Under the pieces are notes generated by a model. That model worked only from the letters and a program-made list of their open reading frames with translations. It made no database searches and had not been told where the DNA came from. Source: Sphingobacteriaceae bacterium (GTDB taxonomy: Bacteria; Bacteroidota; Bacteroidia; Sphingobacteriales; Sphingobacteriaceae). From it: a DNA stretch of 64,000 bases. The DNA is taken from NCBI GenBank assembly GCA_017745075.1, contig JAGIAD010000001.1:702876-766875 (forward strand), read 5' to 3'. Shown piece by piece: positions 49,609 to 59,010 of the stretch. Position numbers and translations under genes: made by a program. Numbering within the stretch: position 1 is the stretch's first letter; every line of letters starts with the position of its first letter.

Positions 49609-49680
49609 CTGTCGGATGTTACCATCCGACAGATAGTTAATCTTTTCTTTGCATCAAAGTCAGATGGTAACATCTGACTT
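49609..49680. repeat. Two related perfect hairpins in inverted orientation
   Basis: CTGTCGGATG ttac CATCCGACAG (49609-49632) and AAGTCAGATG gtaa CATCTGACTT (49657-49680). The second is the inverse of the first with a compensated G:C to A:T change. Confidence 0.75.
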
Positions 49681-49695
49681 CACAACAAGAACTTC

Positions 49696-52614
49696 TTACT
49701 GCAACTTAAATTTAACACTTCCTTTTAGTGTTTTTCCTTTAATATTAATCCGGCCATCGGTAAAAGGGCTGCCGTAAAATGGCTCTGAACCGTTATTGGA
49801 GTAATCGGCTATTAACAATTGTATTTTTTCGTCCTGCAACCAGCTGCGAGCGGCTTGGCTTCCATCCGATTGAATAAGCAGGCTGTTTTGGCTATTGCTC
49901 AGTTGAACTTGTAGAATCTGTTGCCTCGTTGATCTAAAATCATTCGATCCCATTTCGTTGGCATCGTCTTTCCAAAGTGTAGCACCTGGCTTTCCAAATT
50001 CTTCTACTGCATGTAACCATCTGGCATTTAATTTCGTGGTTCCGCTGGCACGGGCAATATCTTCTTCAGAATAGGTGGTAAACTCTCCTTTACGCTTCCA
50101 GTTTAACTCATCAAAAGTTTTCGGCAGCTGAAAAATCATGCCATATTGATATGGCTTTTCTAAACTGGTTTTTACTTCGTAATCTACCCTGGTATGGCCA
50201 TCACCAGAAAAGGTGTAGATTAAATTTCCTTCGCCATTGGTATAGGTTACTTTTATGGTAAAAACAATAGCATCTACAGTTTGATCGACTTTAATAGTAT
50301 TGGCAAAAATGGTGTACAGCGGATAGTTTTTAAGCGGATGAATGTTATTTTGGTAGGTTTCGCCAGCTACATTGGGCTTGCCTCCATCTTCGCTGTTCAT
50401 GGCAACCACACCAAATACAGGGCCTTGCGCTAAAACTTTCTGACCATTAATGGTTGCACCAGATATTACGCCGGTAATTTTGCTGATGGTATAATTTACA
50501 TCGCCCTGGATTACCGAATAAGCCATTTCATTTTCAGTAAAGGATAAAGCAACTTTGCTGCCTTGTTCCTTTTCGATAGCTGGTTTTAAAACAATCCGTT
50601 CTTCATTTACCACATTGCCCGATGGATCCTTAAAGGAAAGATAAACTTCTTTGGTATCAGTCTTTACGGGCACTTGCAATATACCTTCACCATGTGGTTT
50701 AATGTTGGAGGTTAAAGGCATATTCACCCCGTCAATCCTGGCCTGAATAGTTACTTCGCTGAGTGAAATAAAGTCGTGGCGGTTTTCTACTTCGAGTAAC
50801 AATTTGCCATTTTTTATGGTTGGCTTAAATACATTTTTGATAATTACAGGAGAATAAGCTTTTTTCATGCCCCAATACTCTGGTTTTAACCTGCGCCATG
50901 CATCAATTGGTCCCCAGGGGCCATAACCTACAATATTGCCATCGGGCAGGTGAAAGGTATCATCAATACCACTCCAAATGGCTCCTCCTAAATTACCTTT
51001 ATGCACATACATGCTATCGTACATTTTAACCAGCGACGGACCATAACTGGCCCGCACACCCGGGTCAGTAAGCAGCTCACGGCGGTTATAGGTACTGAGG
51101 TGTGCATATTCGCCAAATAAAGTAGGTCGTTTCATCGTGTCGGTTGCCTTTGGACCATTAATGCCCGGATAATGATAATTGGCAATATCGACCTTATTAC
51201 CCCCGTTGTTGAAACCTCCCCAGCATTGATCATGGAAAGAAACGGGGCGCGTAGGATCTAATTTTTTGGCTTCACGATAAACCTTATCCCACAAAGGACT
51301 CCAATAACTTTCGTTACCGAGACTCCAGATAATTACTGAAGGGTGGTTTTTACCGGCCTGCATTTTCTCGATATTGGCTGCAAGCATGTATGGATAAAAT
51401 TTTTCGTCTTTATAATTCCACAATTTCCAGATGGGTGATGCCCCATGCTGAATCCAGGTTAAAGAGCTTTCGTTTTCTACAAACAAGCCAATGCTATCGG
51501 CTATGGCTAAAAATCTTTCGCTTGGTGGATAATGTGAAGTACGGATGTAATTACAATTGCCTTTTTTAAATAATTCAGCATCTTTCAACTCCAGTTCATC
51601 GCTTATAGCCCTGCCTGTTAATGGATGTACGGAATGCCGGTTTACCCCACGTAATTTTATGGGCATACCATTAACCAAAAGCTGATTACCTTTTACCTCT
51701 ACCTGTCTGAAACCAATTTTTTGCTGATGGCTTTGAGTGGTTTTTCCATCAATAATCAGGGCGGTGGTTAAGGTGTAAAGATATGGTTTATCGGTATTCC
51801 ACTTGGTGGGATTTTTAATAGCCAGATCGGTATTTAACAGGCTTGTTTTTTGCCCCGATAATGCAGGCAAAACTGTTTTAACGGTTGCTACATTTTTTCC
51901 GGTAGCATTAGTTAAGGTATAAAGCACCTGCCCTGCTGCCGCCTTTTGCGATTGATTGTTTACCAGTGCTTTTAAGTTTAAGGTAGCATTGTTGTAGCTT
52001 TTATCTAAAGTAGTTACTACAGTTAGATCGGCCAGGTTAACCTCTGGCAAAGCAAACAAAGTTACATTGCGTAAAATACCGCCAACGGTGTGTACGGCAT
52101 ACTGCGAAGTACAGGCTAAAATATCGCTGATGGTATTGGCCTGCACCTCAACCTGCAATACATTTTCGCCACTTCTAAGTGCATCTGTAATATCTGTTTC
52201 GAAGGGCACAAAACTACCCTCGTGTTCAGCCAGTTTTTTACCATTTACCTTAACTATAGCATGCGAACTTACGCCATCAAAACGAAGTTTAATTCGGTTA
52301 CCATTCCAGTTTTGGGGTATTGAGAACGTTTTAATATAGGTGGCCGTTTCACCGGCATTTACCATAAAGCCCTGCATTACCCATTCGCCTGGTACTTTTA
52401 TATTTCCTTTTTGATAGGTTTGTTCAAACTTCCAATTGCCATTTAAAGAAATAACAGGTTGATTGCTATTTAGCAACGACGATGGAATGGGTGAAAGCGT
52501 GCTCGCAATACCACTGTTCTGTGCCATTAACTGCAAAGTAGTACTACTTAGCAAAGCAAGGGTGAACAATATGCAGCACCTTATTTTGTAGTTGTAAATT
52601 TTATTAGTGACCAT
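49696..52614 (-). CDS. Glycoside hydrolase family 2 (beta-galactosidase-like)
   Basis: Signal peptide. TSHYPPSE and NHPSVIIWSLGNESY (acid/base Glu context). Multi-domain, 972 aa. Confidence 0.85.
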   Translation of the reverse strand: MVTNKIYNYKIRCCILFTLALLSSTTLQLMAQNSGIASTLSPIPSSLLNSNQPVISLNGNWKFEQTYQKGNIKVPGEWVMQGFMVNAGETATYIKTFSIPQNWNGNRIKLRFDGVSSHAIVKVNGKKLAEHEGSFVPFETDITDALRSGENVLQVEVQANTISDILACTSQYAVHTVGGILRNVTLFALPEVNLADLTVVTTLDKSYNNATLNLKALVNNQSQKAAAGQVLYTLTNATGKNVATVKTVLPALSGQKTSLLNTDLAIKNPTKWNTDKPYLYTLTTALIIDGKTTQSHQQKIGFRQVEVKGNQLLVNGMPIKLRGVNRHSVHPLTGRAISDELELKDAELFKKGNCNYIRTSHYPPSERFLAIADSIGLFVENESSLTWIQHGASPIWKLWNYKDEKFYPYMLAANIEKMQAGKNHPSVIIWSLGNESYWSPLWDKVYREAKKLDPTRPVSFHDQCWGGFNNGGNKVDIANYHYPGINGPKATDTMKRPTLFGEYAHLSTYNRRELLTDPGVRASYGPSLVKMYDSMYVHKGNLGGAIWSGIDDTFHLPDGNIVGYGPWGPIDAWRRLKPEYWGMKKAYSPVIIKNVFKPTIKNGKLLLEVENRHDFISLSEVTIQARIDGVNMPLTSNIKPHGEGILQVPVKTDTKEVYLSFKDPSGNVVNEERIVLKPAIEKEQGSKVALSFTENEMAYSVIQGDVNYTISKITGVISGATINGQKVLAQGPVFGVVAMNSEDGGKPNVAGETYQNNIHPLKNYPLYTIFANTIKVDQTVDAIVFTIKVTYTNGEGNLIYTFSGDGHTRVDYEVKTSLEKPYQYGMIFQLPKTFDELNWKRKGEFTTYSEEDIARASGTTKLNARWLHAVEEFGKPGATLWKDDANEMGSNDFRSTRQQILQVQLSNSQNSLLIQSDGSQAARSWLQDEKIQLLIADYSNNGSEPFYGSPFTDGRINIKGKTLKGSVKFKLQ

Positions 52615-52746
52615 GATATTATTTAAGTCTATTATTTAGTCATCTTTTCGATCGGTTTGTAGCGAAACGGAAAAATTACGAAACTCCTCCTTTAAAAATC
52701 CTATAAAATAATTTCAATTGCTTGTATGATTTATTTTGAACAGGCT

Positions 52747-53451
52747 TTACATAATGCCGTATTTATCGAATGCTTCTTTGGCACTCATGCCTTCCAGAAT
52801 CTTTTTCTGCACCATTTTTTCGCCCCTTGCTTTTTCAAGGGCACGTGAAATAATTTCCACTTCGTGTTGTTTGGGCACAATGCAAACACCATCTATATCG
52901 CCTACTACAATATCGCCGGGGTTAACCAAAACGCCTTTAATTTCGATTGGTACTCTAAAATCGATTACTTTACCACGCGGAGCCTGGTCTTGTGCATAAT
53001 TGCCATAAGAAAATGACGGAAAATTAAGCTGTAATATGCCTCTGGTATCTCTCGAGTAGCCATCAACTACTGCACCTGCCGCACCTAAAATTTGTGCACG
53101 TGTACTCATTAATTCTCCCCACAAAGCATAACTTGGCGATGCGCCGCTACAAATGTAAACCTCATTCTTTTTCAGATCGTCGAGCGCCTCGAGCATTAGG
53201 CCAAATGGCTTTTTAAGAACAGGATTATTACTTTCATAGGCAGCACATTCTAACACATCGGCTTCGAGCACGGTCATTGCCCTGCCTGCAACAAACATAT
53301 CGGCTTGTAAAGGTTGTATTTGCGGCGGCAAAAACTGGTGCAAAAGCCCCATCTTATCCATAATGTCGCCAATTACGGCACTATAAAGTTCTGTCCTTAT
53401 AATTTCAAAGAGCTCATCGTCATTTTGCCATTCTATATTTTCAATCGTCAT
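52747..53451 (-). CDS. RraA-like / class II pyruvate aldolase-fold protein
   Basis: GELMSTRAQILGAAGAVVDGYSRD and GDIVVGDIDGVCIVP match the typical RraA/HMG-CHA aldolase fold pattern. Confidence 0.75.
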   Translation of the reverse strand: MTIENIEWQNDDELFEIIRTELYSAVIGDIMDKMGLLHQFLPPQIQPLQADMFVAGRAMTVLEADVLECAAYESNNPVLKKPFGLMLEALDDLKKNEVYICSGASPSYALWGELMSTRAQILGAAGAVVDGYSRDTRGILQLNFPSFSYGNYAQDQAPRGKVIDFRVPIEIKGVLVNPGDIVVGDIDGVCIVPKQHEVEIISRALEKARGEKMVQKKILEGMSAKEAFDKYGIM

Positions 53452-53651
53452 TTGGTTTTTGTGTATTGGGATGCTGAATTTGTTTATAATTCAAAAATGG
53501 ACAATTGGTAAAAAAAATCGTTAAGCATAGCTACCCACTTCTTAAACTTTTTTACCATAACTAAAGAAATTAAAAGAAATAAAAAGACAAAATACTTCAT
53601 TTAACTATATATCATTAGCTCATGAAGTATCATAACACCATAAAGTTCTTA

Positions 53652-53687
53652 TAAAAAAATAGCGACCAGGATAAACCTGGCCGCTAT
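53652..53687 (-). terminator. Strong rho-independent terminator between the SusD-like gene and the catabolic genes
   Basis: The minus strand reads ATAGCGGCCAGG tttat CCTGGTCGCTAT followed by TTTTTTT, a 12-bp stem with one mismatch. It lies 33 nt after the SusD-like stop. Confidence 0.7.
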
Positions 53688-53719
53688 AATCATTGTGTGC
53701 ATAAGTAGATGCATTTATC

Positions 53720-55372
53720 TTAATAACCGCTGTTCTGCTTTAAAACGCCTTTAGAAAGATCCAGCTGATCTTGCGGGATTGGCATTAAATACAATTTATC
53801 AGTCCAGGTTCTAACCTGGATAGGTTTAACGGCATCGCTGATACTAAAAATAGATTTCATTACCTGTGGCGCAATTTTCCATCTTCTGATGTCCATATAA
53901 CGCTGTCCTTCTATAGCAAGTTCTATACGTCTTTCGTTTCTGATCAATTCTCTTAAGGTTGCTTGAGTAGCATATTTAGTCCGGTCTACCACCGGCATAC
54001 CAACACGGTTTCTGATCTGGTCTAAAGCATCGTATACACTTGCATCAGGACCGGTCAATTCGTTTTTGGCTTCGGCATAGGTTAATAAAACTTCGGCATA
54101 ACGGATCAGGATGTTGTTGGCGTGGTTTTCCATCTGATCACGGTAGATTTTCGGATCTACCATTTTACGCACGCTATAACCTGTTAGTGAGGTATTACCT
54201 GCACCTTCGGTCCATTTAAAGGTATAACCATCTTCAATAGCATTCCAGGGGTTTCCATCAAATAAAATACTGGCATAAAAACGAGGGTCCCTGTTTTTAT
54301 ACTCGTTTTTAAATGCCGGATCTTTGGCTTTATACCATGCAGCGCGTTGTGCTGGTGTAGGCGGCGTAATTAAATCGCCGGTTTTATAACTTGGATAGCT
54401 GTTTACCAGCTCTTGTGTTGGCGCAATAGAGCCCCAGCCCGCTAAATCGGCAGAAGGCAACAGGGTATTTAAAGAATTAGGATCCTGTTGAGGAATACGC
54501 TGTCTGTCTAAAATCACTTCTACGTTTCCTTCATTGGCCTGTTGAAACAAAGCTTCGTAACTACGCAAACCTAAACGGAACTTTTTCTCGTCATCGGCAT
54601 TTGCAAAATCTACCCATACACTGTAATTATCTTTAGCACTTAGAGCATCTTCGGAGGTTACTTTAAACAAGCTGTAACCCAAGGTCATTACCTGGCTTGC
54701 TGCATCGGCAGCCTGTTGCCACTGGCCATCGTATAAGTATGCACGTGCTTTTAAAGCGAGTGCTGCTCCTTTGGTAATGCGTCCCTTCTCATTTGGTTTA
54801 CCTCCGGCATAACTTTGCGGTAAGATTTTAGCAATAGCATCTAATTCATCTACTACAAATTTTAATACTTCTGCTTTTGGTGTTCTTGGTATATTTTCTT
54901 TGCCAAGCTCAACCGTTTTTGTCGATAATGGCACATCACCAAATTTACAAATCAGCCAGAAGTAGGCATTTGCCCTGATAAAACGAACTTCGGCTTTATA
55001 GCGATCCAGCAAAGCCTTATCAATAGCAGTTACCTTATCTGCATTATCTAAAAAATAATTGGCGCGGCCAATTGCGGTAAAATCCCAGCCTGCATTTAAA
55101 GCAGCGTTTATATTCCCTGATGATACATCTGTTGCCGAACTTTCCCACGGATATTGTGCGTGTGCATTATCTGCAGCCGCATCGTCGTACACCATGTCAT
55201 CGCCAGGCAACTGGTTGTATACACCATTTACGGCCAGGTAAACATCATTTGCGTTTTTCCAGAAAGTAGCTTCCGATACCTGATTTAATGGCGGCCTTTC
55301 TAAAAAATCTTTTTTACAAGAAACCAAGACAGTTGATAACAATATGCTTGTAACTATATATATCTTTTTCAT
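53720..55372 (-). CDS. SusD/RagB family nutrient-binding lipoprotein
   Basis: Lipobox LSTVLVSCKKD and C-terminal QNSGY. I chose the start at MKKIYIV (55372). ATG 55384 and GTG 55399 are alternatives, and 55399 would overlap the SusC-like stop. Confidence 0.9.
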   Translation of the reverse strand: MKKIYIVTSILLSTVLVSCKKDFLERPPLNQVSEATFWKNANDVYLAVNGVYNQLPGDDMVYDDAAADNAHAQYPWESSATDVSSGNINAALNAGWDFTAIGRANYFLDNADKVTAIDKALLDRYKAEVRFIRANAYFWLICKFGDVPLSTKTVELGKENIPRTPKAEVLKFVVDELDAIAKILPQSYAGGKPNEKGRITKGAALALKARAYLYDGQWQQAADAASQVMTLGYSLFKVTSEDALSAKDNYSVWVDFANADDEKKFRLGLRSYEALFQQANEGNVEVILDRQRIPQQDPNSLNTLLPSADLAGWGSIAPTQELVNSYPSYKTGDLITPPTPAQRAAWYKAKDPAFKNEYKNRDPRFYASILFDGNPWNAIEDGYTFKWTEGAGNTSLTGYSVRKMVDPKIYRDQMENHANNILIRYAEVLLTYAEAKNELTGPDASVYDALDQIRNRVGMPVVDRTKYATQATLRELIRNERRIELAIEGQRYMDIRRWKIAPQVMKSIFSISDAVKPIQVRTWTDKLYLMPIPQDQLDLSKGVLKQNSGY

Positions 55373-55385
55373 TTTTCTATTCATT

Positions 55386-58300
55386 TTATAATCCTGCACT
55401 TAAACCAAACGACCATGTTTTAATCCCGGGATAACCTCCGCGGCCTGAAGCAGATTCGGGATCATAATCGCCCAAACGTTTATCGGCCATAATGGTGAAA
55501 GGATTATTGGCTGTTCCGTAAATTCTCAGTTTAGACAAACCAATTTTTTTCACAGCATTTTGAGGTAAGGTATACCCCAGAGTAATGCCCCTTACCCTGA
55601 AGTAAGAACCGCTAAACAGGTAAAATGACGAAAGCTGATTGATATTATGACCCGCATCAGCAGTTAACAATGTCCTCGGGAAATCTGCATTTGGATCAGG
55701 GTTTTCTTTTGTCCAGCGGTTTAACAACTGCACTTTGGCATTTGCACCGTTAAAAAAAGGTGTCGAAGCTTCTTGCCCCAAAAAGGTTTTTACTTTAGCT
55801 ACGCCATAAGTAAGGACATTAAAATCAAAACCTTTGTACGATGCGCTTAGGTTAAAACCATAGTTTACAAAAGGTACGTCGTTGCCAATAATGGTACGGT
55901 CGGCTGCGTTAATCACATTATCGCCATTTATATCCCTGTATTTAATATCTCCGGCTCTGGTACGGGCATCCTGGAAAGCGTGTGAAGCAACCTCTTCATT
56001 ACTAACAAAAAGACCATCAGCAATATAACCGTAAAAAGATCCGAGCGATTCACCAACTCTTTGAATATATTGGCCATCAAATCGATCATTGTTATTATCA
56101 CCAATCTTGGTGATTTTACTTTTAATTAATGATAAGTTACCACCTACGCTAAAAGTGAAATCTTTACCAATGCGGTTATTATGGGTAACAGCCAGCTCAA
56201 ACCCTGTATTACGCGTACTTGCTGCATTGGTAAAAGGTACCGTTAGTGGATAAGTTGCCAACGCAGCATTACGCAATAACAGATCTTTGGTATCCTTAAT
56301 ATAATAATCTGCAGTAATGTCTAATTTACCTTTAAACAAGGTAATATCTGCTCCGAAATCGGTCATATACACTTTTTCCCAGGTAGTGGTTGGCCATGAT
56401 CCGTCTGCCTGCCAGATTCCGTCTTGTGCGGTACCTTCAAAACTATATTGAAAGCCTGAGTTTAACCGGTTAAAATAGTTACCAACAGCAACCACATCCT
56501 GGTTCCCCAATGAACCATAAGAACCACGAAGTTTTAAATTATCAACCCAGTTGATGTTTTTCATGAAATCTTCTTTTGAAACCACCCAGCCTGCAGAAAA
56601 CGATGGAAAAAAGGCTCTGCGTACATCTTCACGGAAGCGCGAAGAATAATCGATACGGGCATTTACCTCTAACAGGTATTTATCTTCAAAAGCATAGTTA
56701 AAACGGCCGAACATCGATCGCATGGCCCATTCTTCGGCTGCTGTTCTGTTGGCTAAACCAAAAACACCACCAATAATATCGTCGCCGTTGTTATCTGATA
56801 ATATATCTTCTCCGTTACCAGAACCATTAATGATGGTACTTAAATCGTTATTAGGGAAGTTTCTTCTGCCCAGAAATGCACTTCTAAGCACATTGCTTTC
56901 TTGCGATGCACCTACAGTTAGCTTGCCATAATGTTTACCAAAAGTACGTTCATAATCTGCAGTAGCTTGCACCAGCAATTCTTTTCTTTTAGACCAATAC
57001 TCTCTTAAATCGTTCTGTGTTCCTTGTCCGGCAGGCAGTGGAATAGGGTTACCCGTTAAGAAATTATTGATCGGAGTCATGGTATTGTTAAAGGCCGTGC
57101 TGTTATTGTTGGTAAATTTTAACGAAACCAATCCATTAATAGACAGACCTTTTAATGGCGTTAAAGTAGCGTTGGCAGCAGTTTGGAGCAAATTATTACG
57201 GTTGCTGCCTTTTGATGATTCGGCGATCATGCGGGCCTGGTTACGGTATGGAAGTGAGCTGCTGGCTACTGTTCCGTTGTTCACCGACCCCCACTGGCCA
57301 TTACTCTGGCGAAAAACAGTGGTTGGCAAAGAACGGTTTAACTCCGTCCAAGATAAGTTACCCAAACGATCAAAAGCCTGGTTAATGAAAGAGATATTGG
57401 TACCGATTTTTAAAATATTCTCTACTACTTTGGTTTCGGTATTTAGTTTTGCACTAAAACGATCCTGGTCTTTATTAGGAATTAATGACTCCTGCGTTAA
57501 ATAATTTAAGCCTAAATAAGTACTGGTGGTTTTACCAGGTGCATTGATATTTAAATTCACATCGCCTTGCGGTGCACTCGATCTTAAAACCTCTTTATAC
57601 CAGTCGGTATTTGGATATAAATCAGGTTGAGAACCATTTCTGTATAATTCTATTTGAGCTGGAGTATACATAGGGCTACGGCCCACGTTGGTTAAGGCTT
57701 CGTTATAAAGCGTAGTATAATCAACCGATCCCAAATATTTAGCAATACGGGTTGGCGACTGCCAGCCATAATTGGCATTTAACTCAATACTTACTTTTTC
57801 TCCACCGCCTCTTTTGGTGGTAACCATAATTACACCGTTAGCTGCTCTCGAGCCATATAAAGCTGCAGAAGATGCATCTTTTAACACAGACATGCCCGAA
57901 ATATCATTTGGATTTAGTGTGGCAAACTCCTGCGAGCTGGCCGGAATACCATCAATAATATAAAGTGGAGTGCCTGCACCTGCCAAACTGCTTCTGCCCC
58001 TGATATTAACAGCAGTACCTCCGGTAGCACTTGCACTTACATCGCCAGGGCGTTGCAAAATGGTTAAACCCGGAGAAATACCCTGCAAGGCATTTTGTAT
58101 TGAGGTTACAGGCCGCTCTTTTAATTGTTTAGGTGTAATGGTGGCGATGGCTCCGGTTAAACTCGATTTTTTTTGTGTACCATAAGCGACCACTACTACC
58201 TCATTTAAATCGTTGCTTTGCGGCACCAAAGTAACTTTTACGGTAGCCGATGCTTTTATTTCTTTGGTTTGATAACCTAAATAAGAGATCACCAAAATGG

Positions 58301-58850
58301 CATCATCGGCCACACCCGTTAGTTTAAAGTTTCCACTTTCATCACTCATGGTGCCCTGCTCTTTGCCTTTTATTTTGATACTGGCACCGGGTATACCTTT
58401 ACCAATTTCGTCTACAATCGTACCAATCACATCAATAATTTTGTTTAAGGGCGCCCCTTGTGCCAGCTTATTTGCAGCAGCAATATTTAAAGGCCGTTCT
58501 TTAACCACAATGGTATTGGCCTGTATAGAATAAGTTAAGGGCTGATTTTTGAAGCACTGATCCAAGGCTTCGGTTAAAGGCATATCTTTTATATCAATGC
58601 TCACCATATTTGCCTTTTTTAAATCGCTCTGGATAAAAAACACATTATAGCCGCTTTGATTTTTTATTGCTTTAAGCACTTTTTGTAACGATGCATTTCT
58701 TTCGTTAAGTGTAATGTTCTTTTGTGCAAAACTGCCCGCATTAACATGTAAAAAGGCTACAAAAAGCAATAAGATGGTTAGCTTCATAGATAACAGAATT
58801 TTATTCTTTATACGGCTTGAACCGTATAAATTAAAATCGTAAATTTTCAT
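55386..58850 (-). CDS. SusC/RagA family TonB-linked outer membrane protein with N-terminal STN signalling domain
   Basis: STN segment (LQKVLKAIKNQSGYNVFF..MPLTEALDQCF), CarbopepD_reg-like segment (GTIVDEIGKGIPGASIKIKG), TonB box (LNEVVVVAYGT), and C-terminal FGLSAGL. Confidence 0.92.
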   Translation of the reverse strand: MKIYDFNLYGSSRIKNKILLSMKLTILLLFVAFLHVNAGSFAQKNITLNERNASLQKVLKAIKNQSGYNVFFIQSDLKKANMVSIDIKDMPLTEALDQCFKNQPLTYSIQANTIVVKERPLNIAAANKLAQGAPLNKIIDVIGTIVDEIGKGIPGASIKIKGKEQGTMSDESGNFKLTGVADDAILVISYLGYQTKEIKASATVKVTLVPQSNDLNEVVVVAYGTQKKSSLTGAIATITPKQLKERPVTSIQNALQGISPGLTILQRPGDVSASATGGTAVNIRGRSSLAGAGTPLYIIDGIPASSQEFATLNPNDISGMSVLKDASSAALYGSRAANGVIMVTTKRGGGEKVSIELNANYGWQSPTRIAKYLGSVDYTTLYNEALTNVGRSPMYTPAQIELYRNGSQPDLYPNTDWYKEVLRSSAPQGDVNLNINAPGKTTSTYLGLNYLTQESLIPNKDQDRFSAKLNTETKVVENILKIGTNISFINQAFDRLGNLSWTELNRSLPTTVFRQSNGQWGSVNNGTVASSSLPYRNQARMIAESSKGSNRNNLLQTAANATLTPLKGLSINGLVSLKFTNNNSTAFNNTMTPINNFLTGNPIPLPAGQGTQNDLREYWSKRKELLVQATADYERTFGKHYGKLTVGASQESNVLRSAFLGRRNFPNNDLSTIINGSGNGEDILSDNNGDDIIGGVFGLANRTAAEEWAMRSMFGRFNYAFEDKYLLEVNARIDYSSRFREDVRRAFFPSFSAGWVVSKEDFMKNINWVDNLKLRGSYGSLGNQDVVAVGNYFNRLNSGFQYSFEGTAQDGIWQADGSWPTTTWEKVYMTDFGADITLFKGKLDITADYYIKDTKDLLLRNAALATYPLTVPFTNAASTRNTGFELAVTHNNRIGKDFTFSVGGNLSLIKSKITKIGDNNNDRFDGQYIQRVGESLGSFYGYIADGLFVSNEEVASHAFQDARTRAGDIKYRDINGDNVINAADRTIIGNDVPFVNYGFNLSASYKGFDFNVLTYGVAKVKTFLGQEASTPFFNGANAKVQLLNRWTKENPDPNADFPRTLLTADAGHNINQLSSFYLFSGSYFRVRGITLGYTLPQNAVKKIGLSKLRIYGTANNPFTIMADKRLGDYDPESASGRGGYPGIKTWSFGLSAGL

Positions 58851-58958
58851 ACATTTGTTAGGTTTTAGGTTGAGTTAAATGCCTATAGCAGTTGCTATTA
58901 CATTTACAATGTTTTAACTATTTGGTTATTGTTGGAACAATTTTAATCTAAAGCTTTA

Positions 58959-58988
58959 AACGGGTTTCGATTGCAGTCGAAATCCGTT
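58959..58988 (-). promoter_or_regulatory. Hairpin between FecR and SusC-like transducer genes
   Basis: AACGGGTTTCGA ttgcag TCGAAATCCGTT forms a 12-bp stem with one G-T pair. It lies 23 nt after the FecR stop. Confidence 0.35.
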
Positions 58989-59010
58989 CTTCAGATTAAA
59001 ATTTAATATG

